This document shows positions 24,101-35,651 of a stretch of DNA of 64,000 bases, piece by piece. The stretch's first letter is position 1. Each line of letters opens with the position of its first letter. The notes beneath the pieces are model-generated. The model had not been told where the DNA came from and did not search any database. It saw nothing but the letters and a program-made list of their open reading frames with translations. Made by a program: the position numbers and the translations under genes. The stretch is from Tricharina praecox (Eukaryota): NCBI RefSeq assembly GCF_024521635.1, contig NW_026250445.1, positions 1 through 64,000 of the forward strand, read 5' to 3'.

Positions 24101-25593
24101 TAAACGCGCAAAACAACGATGGAATTACTGCGCTACACATCGCTTGCGAGATCGGTGCTGAAGACTCTGCGAAAAAGTTAATTGACCGTGGCGCCCGACT
24201 AGATATCGCCGACATAACTGGGAGAATACCGCTCGCTGTAGCGATAGTTGAAGACTACTACGGCTCCCATGTGGGAATTGTGGACCTTTTGTTACGATCC
24301 GGAGCCGATCCTTCCTCCACCGACAAACACGGCTGGACCATCGAGCACCTTGCACAATCACGAGAGAGGATGGTAGAGCTTCTCGAGGCTCACTCCAATG
24401 TTAGCCACACGGTGGATCTCACCATTCAATCTTCGACTATACCTTTACCGATCACCAGGAGCATTGATCATATACCCATAACGATACGTCGACCGACTGC
24501 TTGGAGCACGCGGTTTAAGAGTAAAAAAATCGAATTGGAAAACAATGGGCTCGATGCCATTTTTCCCTCGCAAGGGACCTACAAAACCAGTATCTATATC
24601 CGGGCTTTAGGCGTAGCCAATCATCCATTTCCTCCCCCACGGCCTCAGCATTCTACGGACGACTGGTCTCAAGGAGACGATAAGGTTTTCAATGCCTCAA
24701 CTTACTTCGAAGTTCGCGTGGTCGCTACAGATGACTCGTATGTACATCTCTCCATAGGCAGAACGAACGACCGAGGCTGACGGAGACAGAATCGTTGGTT
24801 TAGGTCTGTGTGACAAACCTAATGTGAACTTCGCCCAAATGCCTGGCTGGGACTCCCGCACCTGGGGGTATCACGGCGATGATGGACAGAAGTTTACTGG
24901 CGCTGGTTATGGGGATTTCTATAGTGAGCTGTATGGGATTGGGGATACAGTCGGCTGTGGGGTGGATAAACAGGGAAATATTTTCTTCACAAAGAACGGC
25001 GTGCATTTGGGTAAGTTCGCTGATAGTATTTCCTTGGTCTGCTCTGTACTGATACTGGAAACATAGGTGTCGCATTTACCGGGATCGCCGGCCAGTTGTT
25101 TCCGATAGTCGGCTTGTCTCTGTCAGGCCGCGTCACAGCAAACTTTGGAGCAAAGCCATTCAAATACGTACCAAACGTTTTGAATGCAGATACGTCCGTG
25201 ACGGCGGGTACCAAGCCGAATTATGAGAGGTCAGTTACAGCGGAAAGAAAGCTACGACTCGCCGACTGGATGGAGGAAATTTCCGACCTTCCTGTTGAAC
25301 CCCCGATGGTCATACAGGATGAGGGTACACCATTGGAAAGTGGTGGAGCAGAATGTCGAGAGGGAGTTCAAGGGGCCGAATCCGCGGACATAAACGAAGC
25401 AGTTGGGGGAAAGATGAATTCGTCTGCAAATGCGGGAGAGGGTTATCGGGATGATTGCGGCCAGGAGAACAGCCGCCAGGAGGATAATGCTACCGGAAAT
25501 GATTGTGAGGAAGTGGCTTCAGACCGGGCTGCTTCCCGCGGATCGGTTATCTTAGATATGCAGGGACGGTGTCGAGAGGAAGCGATAGTTTGA
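18152..25593 (+). CDS. Membrane-anchored ankyrin-repeat + SPRY protein, about 2292 aa, 11 exons
   Basis: Exons 18152-18324, 18379-18390, 18444-18547, 18610-18717, 18779-19426, 19489-19621, 19676-19894, 19945-22230, 22290-24737, 24790-25010, 25067-25593 (6879 nt, in frame, all GT-AG). Signal peptide, then an N-terminal domain (NNLVSDLSPLLALFGERFAQQF..MAPLGVITAIVGAIRVGGPSWL..VELMSSTSHEVCEIWNG) recalled from fungal ankyrin proteins, about 5 hydrophobic segments, about 20 ankyrin repeats and SPRY (MPGW..WGYHGDDG). Confidence 0.9.
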
Positions 25594-26446
25594 ATGGTTC
25601 CTGGGTTTCATTTGGGGTCCAGTGGAGTTTTTGTTTTTTGTTTAATCAATAATTGCATGCGACCTAGGTATTTACATGGCAATATCTACCCGTTCACTTC
25701 CCCGTTTCCACGCCACTGTCCAACCCGACTTTTCATCCAGCGTCCCGATGTGGCTTTCCCTCCCCCCGCCGTGGCCTGACCCGACGATATATGAGCGCAC
25801 CAAGGATGACCACTTGCCACAACATTCCAGCAGTTATTGACTCTTGAGTCTCATTGGCTCTTCGCCATTTATTCACGCCTGTCCTATTTGCGACCCTTGC
25901 CTCGCCATTGACCTTCGCCTCTCCCACATACACCTACTACCTACCTATACTCTCCACCGAACCATCCCATCTCTCAATGCTCGTATCACATCGTCCGGAT
26001 ATACACAGTTTCTCACAACATCCCCTAAACACAACACCAACATCAACATCCCTATCCCCGTAGTTACCATCTTCTCTTTTCTTCCCATCCACCGATCCCC
26101 AGACCTACTTACACAAATGAAAACCACTCCAACCCCGCCCGCCTCAATGCACCCAAAAAAAACACAAGACAAAAACCAAAAACCAAAAAAAAGATGCGAT
26201 GATAGGTATTCCGACACGAAAGAAACGAAAGAAACGAAAGCAACAAAAGCAACAAAAGAAAGAGAATTCTAAATAGACATGAGACATACAAGCCAATAAA
26301 TAGTAGGTAGGTAGTACCGAAATGATGAACCGAATGAAGAAAATAAAGAAAATAAAGAAAAGAAATGAAAAGAAAGGTACGCCCCAAAAATGCTCCAGCC
26401 CAGCCAACCAACCAGCTAATCGAACGCAGGTAGGTAGCCTACTCGA

Positions 26447-28216
26447 CTACCCGCCCGCACCCGCGCCATCCCCCGCTCTCGACCTTCTCGGTGGCGCCGG
26501 TACTACCACCATCGGCAAGCCAGGCAGTGCCTGCGGTACCACTTGCGGTACTTGTGCAGGAGCAGGAGCAGGAGCGGGAGGCGGGGCAGTTTCGGTCCCC
26601 GGCGTCCACGGCCCCTCCCTCCACCCGCCTTCCTCCACCTGTCCCATATACCCGCCCTGCGTCCTCCGCCGTCTCGGCGGCGGAATAATAGTTACCGGCA
26701 GCGCTGGCGGCGGGGGCGGGGGCGGGGGTGGGGGCGTGGTGGCCCGTAAGCGGGCGGTGGTGCGCTCCACCGCTCTAGAAAGCACGTCTCTGCGGGGTAG
26801 GCGCCAATTCCTGTTCGGAGTTGGAGATGGTGAGGGCGCCGGAGGCGCACGGTGAAGGGAAGCGGCGGGGTCGAGGGAGGGAGAGGAGGGCGGGTGCGAG
26901 GTCGAGGATGACGGGTTGGCTGTACCGGATTTCTCCGAGGGGTCTGAGTGGCTCTCCGTTGAGGTCAGTTGGCCGACGTTTACCTCGTACCTGGTGCTTT
27001 CGCTGGTGGCGGTGGTGGTGGTGGTGGTGGTGGTGGTGGGGGGTGCGCGCGAGTGACGGCGGCGTGGGGGCGGCAGCGGCGGGATGTCGTCGTCGCCGCG
27101 ACCGCCGACGAAGCGGAGGTCTTCGTCCTCGTCGTAGACTTCGCGGCCGAGAATGCCGCCCTTTTTCTCTTCGCGCTCAAGGCCTTCGATGCGGTCTACC
27201 CACTCCCATACGACAACACTGGAGGCCGCTGCACCCACCCATCGTATGTAGTCACCCCATCCGGCCAGGTCCTTCTGTGCGATGTCGACGATGAAGAAGA
27301 CGAGAGGGGTCAGGATGGAGGCGATGGAGAGAATGGCGACGAGGAAGATGCTGCGGCCACCGTACTTTTTCGTTCCCGGGGATGGCGCGGAAAAGGGGCG
27401 GTGCGGGTAGAAATACGAGTACCTCCGCTTGGCGATGGAGTAGTAGATCACGCAGCCGGCGTACATGGTGCTGCAGCAGATCTGGAATAGGTACGAGAGT
27501 GCCGGGATTGCGTCGAGGAAGGAGTCGGTCGAGGCCATGGGAGAGACGAAAGCCTGGAGGACGGAGAACAGCGTGTCCAGGACGATCAATGCGAAGCCCG
27601 CCCATTTGATGACGACTTTCTCGCGTTGCCGAGGGAAGAGGCGGATCAGCGTTTGGACCTGCGCAAGCCATAGGAAGAGGTCGCTGATTATCCGGCCGAT
27701 CTTGAGATGTATGCCGGCGACGACGCGGGAACGTACTTCACGTGCTTCGTTGGTGAGACTGTAGACGGACGATCCTACGAGGCTGTATTCGTGCCGCAGG
27801 ACATCGGTGGTCTCAGCGAAGGCGATGGTCAGGCAGATGCAAACGGCGAGGGTGGCGACTTTCTGGAGCCAAGGGCGCTCGTGCGGCGGGTTCGGGAGAA
27901 AGAGCAGCAGGAGTAGGACGTATGCGAGCGTGGACGTGGCGGCGATGGAGTATGCCATCGGGATGGTGCTGGCATAGAAGGGGTCGCGCAGTTCGGACGG
28001 CGACACTGAGAATCCGCCATCGTGGGAGGTGGTGGGTGTGGCTCGCGCGGTGTAGCAGGCGGGGGTGACGGCGATCTGGGAGGCCAGGACGGTGGTGGAC
28101 TCTTGCAGCGCGATGGTGAGGCCTGGCGGGAGGAAGTACGGGGTGCACGAAGCCGGCACGGTGACCCGCGCGGTTGTGGTCGGAGCGCGCCAGTTCTGTC
28201 GCGGCATATGGGGCAT
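26447..28216 (-). CDS. palH: pH-response 7TM sensor PalH/Rim21
   Basis: 589-aa single-exon ORF with family motifs RDPFYAST, RPWLQKVA, SDLFLWLAQVQTLIRLFPR.REK.IKW.GF, WVGAAASSVVVWEWVDRIE, GILGREVYD; multiple TM segments and a Pro-rich tail. Confidence 0.92.
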   Translation of the reverse strand: MPHMPRQNWRAPTTTARVTVPASCTPYFLPPGLTIALQESTTVLASQIAVTPACYTARATPTTSHDGGFSVSPSELRDPFYASTIPMAYSIAATSTLAYVLLLLLFLPNPPHERPWLQKVATLAVCICLTIAFAETTDVLRHEYSLVGSSVYSLTNEAREVRSRVVAGIHLKIGRIISDLFLWLAQVQTLIRLFPRQREKVVIKWAGFALIVLDTLFSVLQAFVSPMASTDSFLDAIPALSYLFQICCSTMYAGCVIYYSIAKRRYSYFYPHRPFSAPSPGTKKYGGRSIFLVAILSIASILTPLVFFIVDIAQKDLAGWGDYIRWVGAAASSVVVWEWVDRIEGLEREEKKGGILGREVYDEDEDLRFVGGRGDDDIPPLPPPRRRHSRAPPTTTTTTTTTATSESTRYEVNVGQLTSTESHSDPSEKSGTANPSSSTSHPPSSPSLDPAASLHRAPPAPSPSPTPNRNWRLPRRDVLSRAVERTTARLRATTPPPPPPPPPPALPVTIIPPPRRRRTQGGYMGQVEEGGWREGPWTPGTETAPPPAPAPAPAQVPQVVPQALPGLPMVVVPAPPRRSRAGDGAGAGG

Positions 28217-29208
28217 CGAAGGAATGCGCCTGGTGGGGAGGGACGGAGGTTATGAAGAGGGTTGGTGGCGCATAGAGGGTGGCAATTTGCGGGGGGGAGC
28301 GTGATCTGGCGCGGGCTGGAGCAAGGCAGTACGCTAGAGAGTCCTAGAGTGGCTCTGTGGTGATACGGGGGGTATGGAGACTGTAAGGGGTATGCTGTGT
28401 CGGTGTCTGTGTGGTCGTGATCTCGTGGATGAGTCGGTGTGAATGGGTTGTCGCTCTCCTCTCTTGTCCTCATGTCGGGATTCAAGATCTTCGGCGACGG
28501 CACCTGGGATGCGAGGGATGGATGACATGACGACGCAACTCCACCGGAAGAAGAAGCTAGGTAGGTAGAGAATCAGCACCAACACCATCACCAACAGCAT
28601 CTCCACTTCACCTTCACACTCACACAGTCTCGGAAATGCTTGGTTCGCTTGGCCTAACCTTCGTACAAGTTTATCTGCAACGTTCCTTTGACTTTCCAAC
28701 AATGTTCTCACCTTAGCGAGGCCGGAGTTCCCGCTTCCCCACATACTTGTGACGAAAAAGAAGGGAAGGGAATTCGTCTCCCGTTCTGTCACGAATCCGA
28801 ACATGCGATCCACGCAAAAGCTTGATTACTTTAATCGTTGATCTGGTCTAGGTACTCAGTACTGATTCTACTCAAGGGGCGGGTTGCACATAGACAAGGA
28901 ATAATTACCGCAGTCTACTGTGCAACACCTCGGCTCAGGACATTCCGTGTACGTTCCTCAGGCAGGGGGTGGTTACATGATGGAACGAAACACAAGACGA
29001 GATGGATGCACAACACAACTCTTCGTTACGAATAATTGCTGTTCTGCAGCAAAGTCTATCACACTCCACGCCTTGCTTTTGCAAAGAAAAATGATGTACA
29101 AATTGCTCACAGCGCAAACTCTCGTCACACTCTCCTATCTCAATGGCCTTTACATTCTGTACGTGTAGATCCGTCCATTCATCTCGCGGGGCTCGGAATG
29201 TGGTATAT

Positions 29209-30285
29209 CTATTTGGCGGGACGGTTAACATCGACGGTGCCCTTGATCTTGGCCGAGTCGTGGATGCCCTCCCCTTTCTTGCTGATGGCATCACCACGGG
29301 GCTCGTGGAGGATCTATTCACGCGTCGTCAGCATTCCAAGCTCACAGAAGGAGGATAGCAATATTGGGCATACCGGGTGTTGAGTATCGTCATTCGAGAT
29401 TCCTTGCTGCTTTCCACTCGTGGTTCCGGGGCCACCGGCATCCTTCTGAGCAGTGTCACCGGGATCGATCTTCTGGGGGTTGATAGAGGTTTTCTTCCCC
29501 TCCTTCTTCTTCTCCGCCTCCGCTCCCTCGTTATCATCCGTTTCGTCGGATGGGCCCTTCCTAACGGCATTGGCCTTCTCCTCCGCGCTCTCCTCGACGG
29601 ACTTAACCTTCTTGGTGGCGGTACCTTTGAGCACCTCTGCCGTCTCCTTCGCCTTCTTGGCCGCGCCCTCAGCCTTGTCCTGGGCCTTGTCCTGGACATC
29701 CTCCGCCTTGTCATTCGCCTGCCCAGCATACTCAGAGGCTTTCTCGCCAGCCTTACCAGCAGCCTCCTTCACAGCTCCAGTAGCGTCCTGAACCTTATCC
29801 TTCGCGGTCTCCTTAGCCGACTGCAGCTTGTCGGACGCAGTGTCCTCATCTTCGTCCTCCTCCTCCTCTTCTACTGGTGCGGCCTTCTTCTTCGGCAGCT
29901 CCAGCTTTCCGTGATGCTCCGGAGGGTGGGTTTGTACGCCCGGGCCTGCGCTGGTCGAGGCAGTGTCCATCTTCTTGCTGGGGTCGGAGTGATGCGGCGT
30001 CGGCGAGCCGGAGGAGAGAAGGTAGTAGCTCTGCGAGTATGAATTTCAGTGTCGGGTCCGGGAAATTTCGGCTATGCTACGGGATGCCGAGGGGTGTGGA
30101 ATGGGGGAGGAGAGGGGACAAACGGCGGGCAGAGTGAAGGCGACGGCACCGATCAGCCATGGCATGTCACTCGAAGTGCCAGTGGGATGGCCGTGCGAGG
30201 AAGCATAACGGCGGGCTGGGGTAGTGGTGAAAGTGGCTGCTCGGCGGGTGAGCGCGCGCAGTGCTGGCGTGCGAGCGGCGAACAT
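29209..30285 (-). CDS. Hypothetical protein, probably a mitochondrial single-TM protein with a Lys/Glu/Ala-rich region, 307 aa
   Basis: Exons 30285-30124, 30030-29374, 29313-29209 (924 nt, in frame). Arg-rich presequence ending in RRYAS, TM segment SDMPWLIGAVAFTLPA, LEA-like AKE repeats, C-terminus SKKGEG..AKIKGTVD..RP. Confidence 0.8.
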
Positions 30286-31066
30286 CGTGTGTCACTATTT
30301 TTTGGAATTGAAGGTGGTGCAGATGGTGGTGTTGGGTCAATTGATGATGAACGAGTGCAATGGTTAGGATGGGATGAAGAGAACACGAAACAGAAGAGGA
30401 GGAGCGGACGGGTGGGGATAAGGAAATGTCGACTCTGCGGGAATAGATGAGGTCACAGCAAGCTAAGATTGATGGGGTGTGGCGTGAAAGCGTCTCAGCC
30501 ACTTATGTCATCACTGAACGAAGCACTTGTGGCTAGCATGTTCACATAGGTGTGAATATCACGTGATAGAACCCGCTTTGCCCCGCAATGCGTTTGGTGT
30601 CCAAGGAAGCTGATGCAGATGCAAAGCTTGAGATCAACTCCAACCGCTCTGATCTCGCCTTCTTTCTCTCCATCTACTTCGGCCAATTCCATCAAGTCCT
30701 GTCGATACTCAATTAGACAGCTCTGTGTTCCGGAAGTTGATAGCTTTGCCTTTCGAGTTACCCACCCCGCATTTCATGACGGTGCGGCTCTAAGCTTCCC
30801 GCCCATCCTCCCTTTACCTTGACCCTACATACCTTCCCGCTCTTTCCATACACAACACCCTCATCCTCTCTACTCCTGCGATCCACATCTCCAATCCAAT
30901 CTATTAATCGCAACCCCGCAATCCTACGAATAGATACAACGAACGATCCGAAGTCCACACCTAGATACGAGCACACCCGTACCTCATCGTTGCTGCTACA
31001 CCGATAGCTTCAACTCACCCCATCACCCATCCCCGTAATCTGTCAACCCATCATCGCATTGCCACG

Positions 31067-34000
31067 ATGTCGGCCCCCGCCGCCTACGCGCTGCAGAGCC
31101 TACTGGATAAGATGTCCAACCCGGACAGCGACTTCCGCTTCATGTCACTAAACGACCTGTTGGCGATGCTCACGCAGAACCTGAGCTTCAGCCAGACAGA
31201 CCCCGGAACCATGAGCAAGCTCATAGATGCGGTCGTGAAAGCTCTAGACGATGCGAATGGCGAGGTGCAGAATCTTGCGGTTAAATGGTACTCATAATAC
31301 CCCTATCGCGGGGATTGAATGAAGCTAATAGAGGGCAGTTTGGGACCTCTCGTCCTCAAAGTCAAAGAAAACCAGATCGGCCCGCTTATCGACAGGCTCG
31401 CTACGCTGTCAATGACCTCACAGGACCCGTCGATCCCTTCGACCGCGCTGCGAACCATCATCACGAACCTCCCGCGCCCACATGCCTCGCCGGGAATGAA
31501 CTTGGCGTCCATCGCTGCACTGCACCAAGCACATGCCGCCGCCCCCAGTACAATGGCTCGGCCGGAGGCCACACAACAGGCAATCCAGACATCGGTCACT
31601 GCCGTGCAGAAGACGCTAATACCCAAGCTGATGATACTTCTCAAGCCGGATGGGGGCGAGAGCGGGAAGGCTACCGCTGGTGCTACGCTGGACAGTGTCG
31701 ACTTGCTGATCGAGACTGTCCGCTGCTTTGGGTCCATCATGTCCGGAGCCGAAGTGGAGAGACTGCAAGTTGCGGTCATGAATTTGGTCCAGAGCGAGAG
31801 GACCAGCGGCGTCATCAAGAAGAGGGCGGTTACGGCCTTGAGTTTACTCTGCGTTTATGCACCGGACGAGTTGCTCTCATCGTTCATCAACCACCTCATC
31901 GAGTCGTTCCGCGCCGAGAGCAAGCATGTCAATCCGGGCCGTCTGCGGCTGTTGATCTCGGTTACTGGCTCGCTCGCTCGCGGAATCCCAGAGCGGTTCG
32001 GTCCGTATCTGAAGACACTGTGCCCATTCATCCTTTCGGTTGTAGACGGTCGGGATCTGGAGAACCGTGATTTGGGAGATGAGCCGGATATGGAGATGGA
32101 CGAGGTTCGCGAGGTGGCGCTGGTGGCGCTGGAGAGCTTCCAGAGCTGCTGCACCGAGGAGATGAAGCAGTTCACCGACGACCTTCTCAACGCCGGCACT
32201 GTTTTCCTGAAGTACGACCCCAACTACGCCGATCCGGGCGATGACGACGAGGAAATGGGCGGTACTGCCGGTGGAGATGACGACGATGGAGAGTTTGGTG
32301 GAAGCGACGATGATGACACCTTTGAAGACGATGGAAACTTCTCGGACGAAGACGACATATCATGGAAGGTCCGGCGGTGCGCGGCAAAGCTGTTGGCGAC
32401 TGTTCTCGCGACTAGGGCCGGCGACTTGATCCGGGGATCCGGCGAGGGAGGCGGGTTGGCGTACAAAAAGGTGGCGCCGCTCCTCATCGACAGATTCCAT
32501 GAGCGCGAAGAGAACGTTCGACTCGAGATCCTCGCTACGGCCATCGTGCTGGTGAAGAAGACGGGAGAGGTTGCAGATGGCACGATCACCTGTGGGCCAG
32601 CTCTGAGCAGTGCTGCGGGCACGATGGCTCCGCCGCCGAAGAAGAGACGTGGATCGGACGCTTCGATGATGGATACCGATATGGCCCTGGAAGTGCCGTC
32701 GGTGGATGAGCACGGTGTTCGGGACAGCCTTTTCCAATTGGTTCCTCGGCTATCCAAGTCTGTCGGAAAACTGCTCAACAACAAGTCCATTACGCTTCCG
32801 ACTAAACAGGCAAGCATCGTTCTGATTTCAGCGGCTGTCTCGGTTCTGCACGGAAAGTTTGAGAGCTCGCTGAACATCTTCATCAATGCTCTCGTCGACG
32901 CTGCTGGTGGAGGTAATGCACTGGCTTCCGGTGGTAATGTTGTTGTGGCGTCTGCGCCTGGCGGCAGCGCTGCCACTGCGACAGGTGCCAGTGTTAGAAT
33001 TGAGGTTCTCCGCCTCTTTTCCAAGATCTTCGATAACCACTCTCTCGAAGCCGTGGAGCCATACCTGGCGGCCGCTGTTCCGGCTGTCTGCGCCGCCGTT
33101 AACGAGACTGCCTATAAGGTTTCCTTCGAAGCCTTGGGCACTGTCGCTTCAATCGCCAAACTACTGACTTCGCCTGGAGCCCCCGCCTACGCCGAACACC
33201 TTAAGCAGCTGTACCAGGTGATAATCAAGAAGGTCGAGAATGCGGATACGGATCTGGAGGTTCGCGAGAAAGCCATCGTCACGATGAGCATCTTGCTCGG
33301 CAGAACCAGCGGCAAGGCTGGTACTCTCTCGGCCGAATCCCGTCGTCACGCTCTGGACGTCCTGCTCGAACGCCTGAAGAACGAGACTACCCGTGCTAGT
33401 GCCGCCCGTGCTATCGATAACATCGCTAGGTCTGCCGGCGATGATGGATCAATCAGCGAAGAGTGGGTTCGCAAGGTCGTCACCGAGCTGGGTGCCCAGC
33501 TCCGCAAGTCGAATCGGTCGCTCCGTGCAGCGAGTCTGGTCGCGCTCGAGAGCATCGCTTCCAACCCGGCCCTGCTGCACCAGATGGACACGGCCAGCAA
33601 GAGCGAGTTGGTTGCGGTGCTCACGCCTTTGCTGGTCGTGGGAGATATGCAGCTTCTTGCCCTAGCTATTGCCGTCTTGAGGCTCATGATCATCAATCCG
33701 AACGGTATCACAATCTCGTTCGAGGTCATCAATGGTATTTGCAACCTTGTCAAGTTTCCTCTGGGTTCTGGGCTGGTACTCGAGAATCTGCTCAGCCTCG
33801 TCCGCACGATTGGAGAGGAGGATAAGAAGGGCAAGCGCAAGCTCATGGAGGAACTGCTCAAGAAAGTCGGTGTTACGGGAGATATGAGTGCTGTCGGCAA
33901 GGTCATTGCCCAGCTGCTTGTTTGCGGGGGCGGTGACAAGGGCGGCTTCATTGTCGGTGTCAAAGACTTTGTCGAGGAGTTCGAGACTGCGCGCGATTCT

Positions 34001-35164
34001 GGTCGCAAGTGTCTTGGATTGATAGTTCTGGGAGAGATTGGGCTCCGGATGGGCAAGGACTTTGACGTTCCGCCGGAGAAGTTTCTCGGACAGCTCGGGG
34101 ACGATTCGGATAATGTTCCTATCGCCGCGGCTGTCGCGCTGGGTCTCGCTGGTGCTGGGAATGTCGACAAGTTTGTTCCCGTCATCATGAAGAGGCTGCA
34201 GGATGGAAATGATAGTTATCTCCTGGTCCATTCGCTCAAGGAGATCATCACACATTCGTCGGCGGATAGCCTGAAGTCTTACACCAACGATATGTGGAAT
34301 ACACTGCTTTCCACCGCTGTTACGAACGATGATGCGAAAGCTGTGGCTGCTGAGTGTGTGGGTCGGCTTATTATCCTGGACCCGTACTCGTTCCTGCCCG
34401 AGCTGCAGAAACACATGACTTCGCCGCAGTCGGTGGTGCGGGGCTTGGTGATCTCGGCGCTGCGTTATACCTTCACGGACACGGACACGAAATACGACGA
34501 GCTTCTCCGCCCCACCGTTGTCGACTTCCTCGACACAATGCTGCAAGACTCGGAACTCGACAACCGGCGGCTCGCACTCACCACGCTCAACAGCGCGGCG
34601 ACCAACAAAGCGCACCTCCTCGCGGGCCCGGGCTTGGAGCGGCTCCTCCCGCGCGTCTACTCCGAATCCGTCATCAAGCCCGACCTCGTCCGCGAAATTC
34701 AGATGGGCCCGTTCCGCCACCGCATCGACGACGGCCTCGAGGTCCGCAAATCTGCCTACGAAACCCTGTACGCCCTGCTAGAGACGTCGTTCCATAATAT
34801 CGAACTGGACGTCTACTTCTCGCGCGTCATCGCCGGTATTGCGGACGACCACGATATCCGCGCCCTCGCGAACCTCATGCTCGCTAAGCTGGCGGTTCTG
34901 GCTAAGGAAGAGACGGCGAGGAGACTCGACTCCATCGCTGATACCATCCGCAAGGTGCTCATGGAGAAGCCGAAGGAGAATGCGGTCAAGCAGGAGCTGG
35001 AGCGCCACGCTGAGGGCGTTAGGGGAGTGGTCAAGACGGCGCTTGTCGTGCATAGAGAGGTCGGCGCGGAGAGGGGCGGCCAGAAGTGGAGGGGCTTCTG
35101 GGACTGGATATGTGCCAGCTGGAGGGAGCTGGTGACTGAGAACAGCGAGAACGAGGGGAAGTAA
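31067..35164 (+). CDS. CAND1: Cullin-associated NEDD8-dissociated protein 1 (CAND1/TIP120), 1348 aa
   Basis: Exons 31067-31287 and 31339-35164. Motifs DSDFRFMSLNDL, NGEVQNLAVKCLGPLV, YDPNY, DDISWKVRRCAAK, EREENVR, VREIQMGPFRHRIDDGLEVRKSAYE. Confidence 0.96.
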
Positions 35165-35270
35165 TGAACTGAAAAGGTACCGGGGGGAGATGTGGTTGTT
35201 TGTTTGTTTGTTTGTTTCTGATTGATTGTGATTGATTGTGTGACAATCTTGTTGTTTTCTAAAGAATTTC

Positions 35271-35298
35271 GGGGGGGGGGGGGGGGGGGGGGGGGGGG
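35271..35298. repeat. Poly-G tract (28 nt) downstream of CAND1
   Basis: Read directly from the sequence. Confidence 0.9.
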
Positions 35299-35651
35299 TT
35301 GGGTTGCGATGGTTTCTAGCAAGTACATCTCCGTTACGAAGCTAGTCTTTTACTTGTAATCTTAGTGTTCAACGGCCGCAGGGAATACATTTGATTGGTC
35401 GATTCTGTGAATCTGAATTTTGATTGTGACCTTCCGGCCCCGCTGTTGTGCTAGTCATTCACGTGACATCACTCGTACAAATGCAATGGTGTTGAGTTGG
35501 CTTTTGACTCCATTAAATTCGACTGTTAAACATTACGCTCTAACCCAAACACTCTATATACGAAGCTACTCATACAGACTAGCCCTTTTGCAAATAAACA
35601 ATAAAGACGCCAATCTTCCTACACAGACACACTGCCCTTCGATCTAATAAT

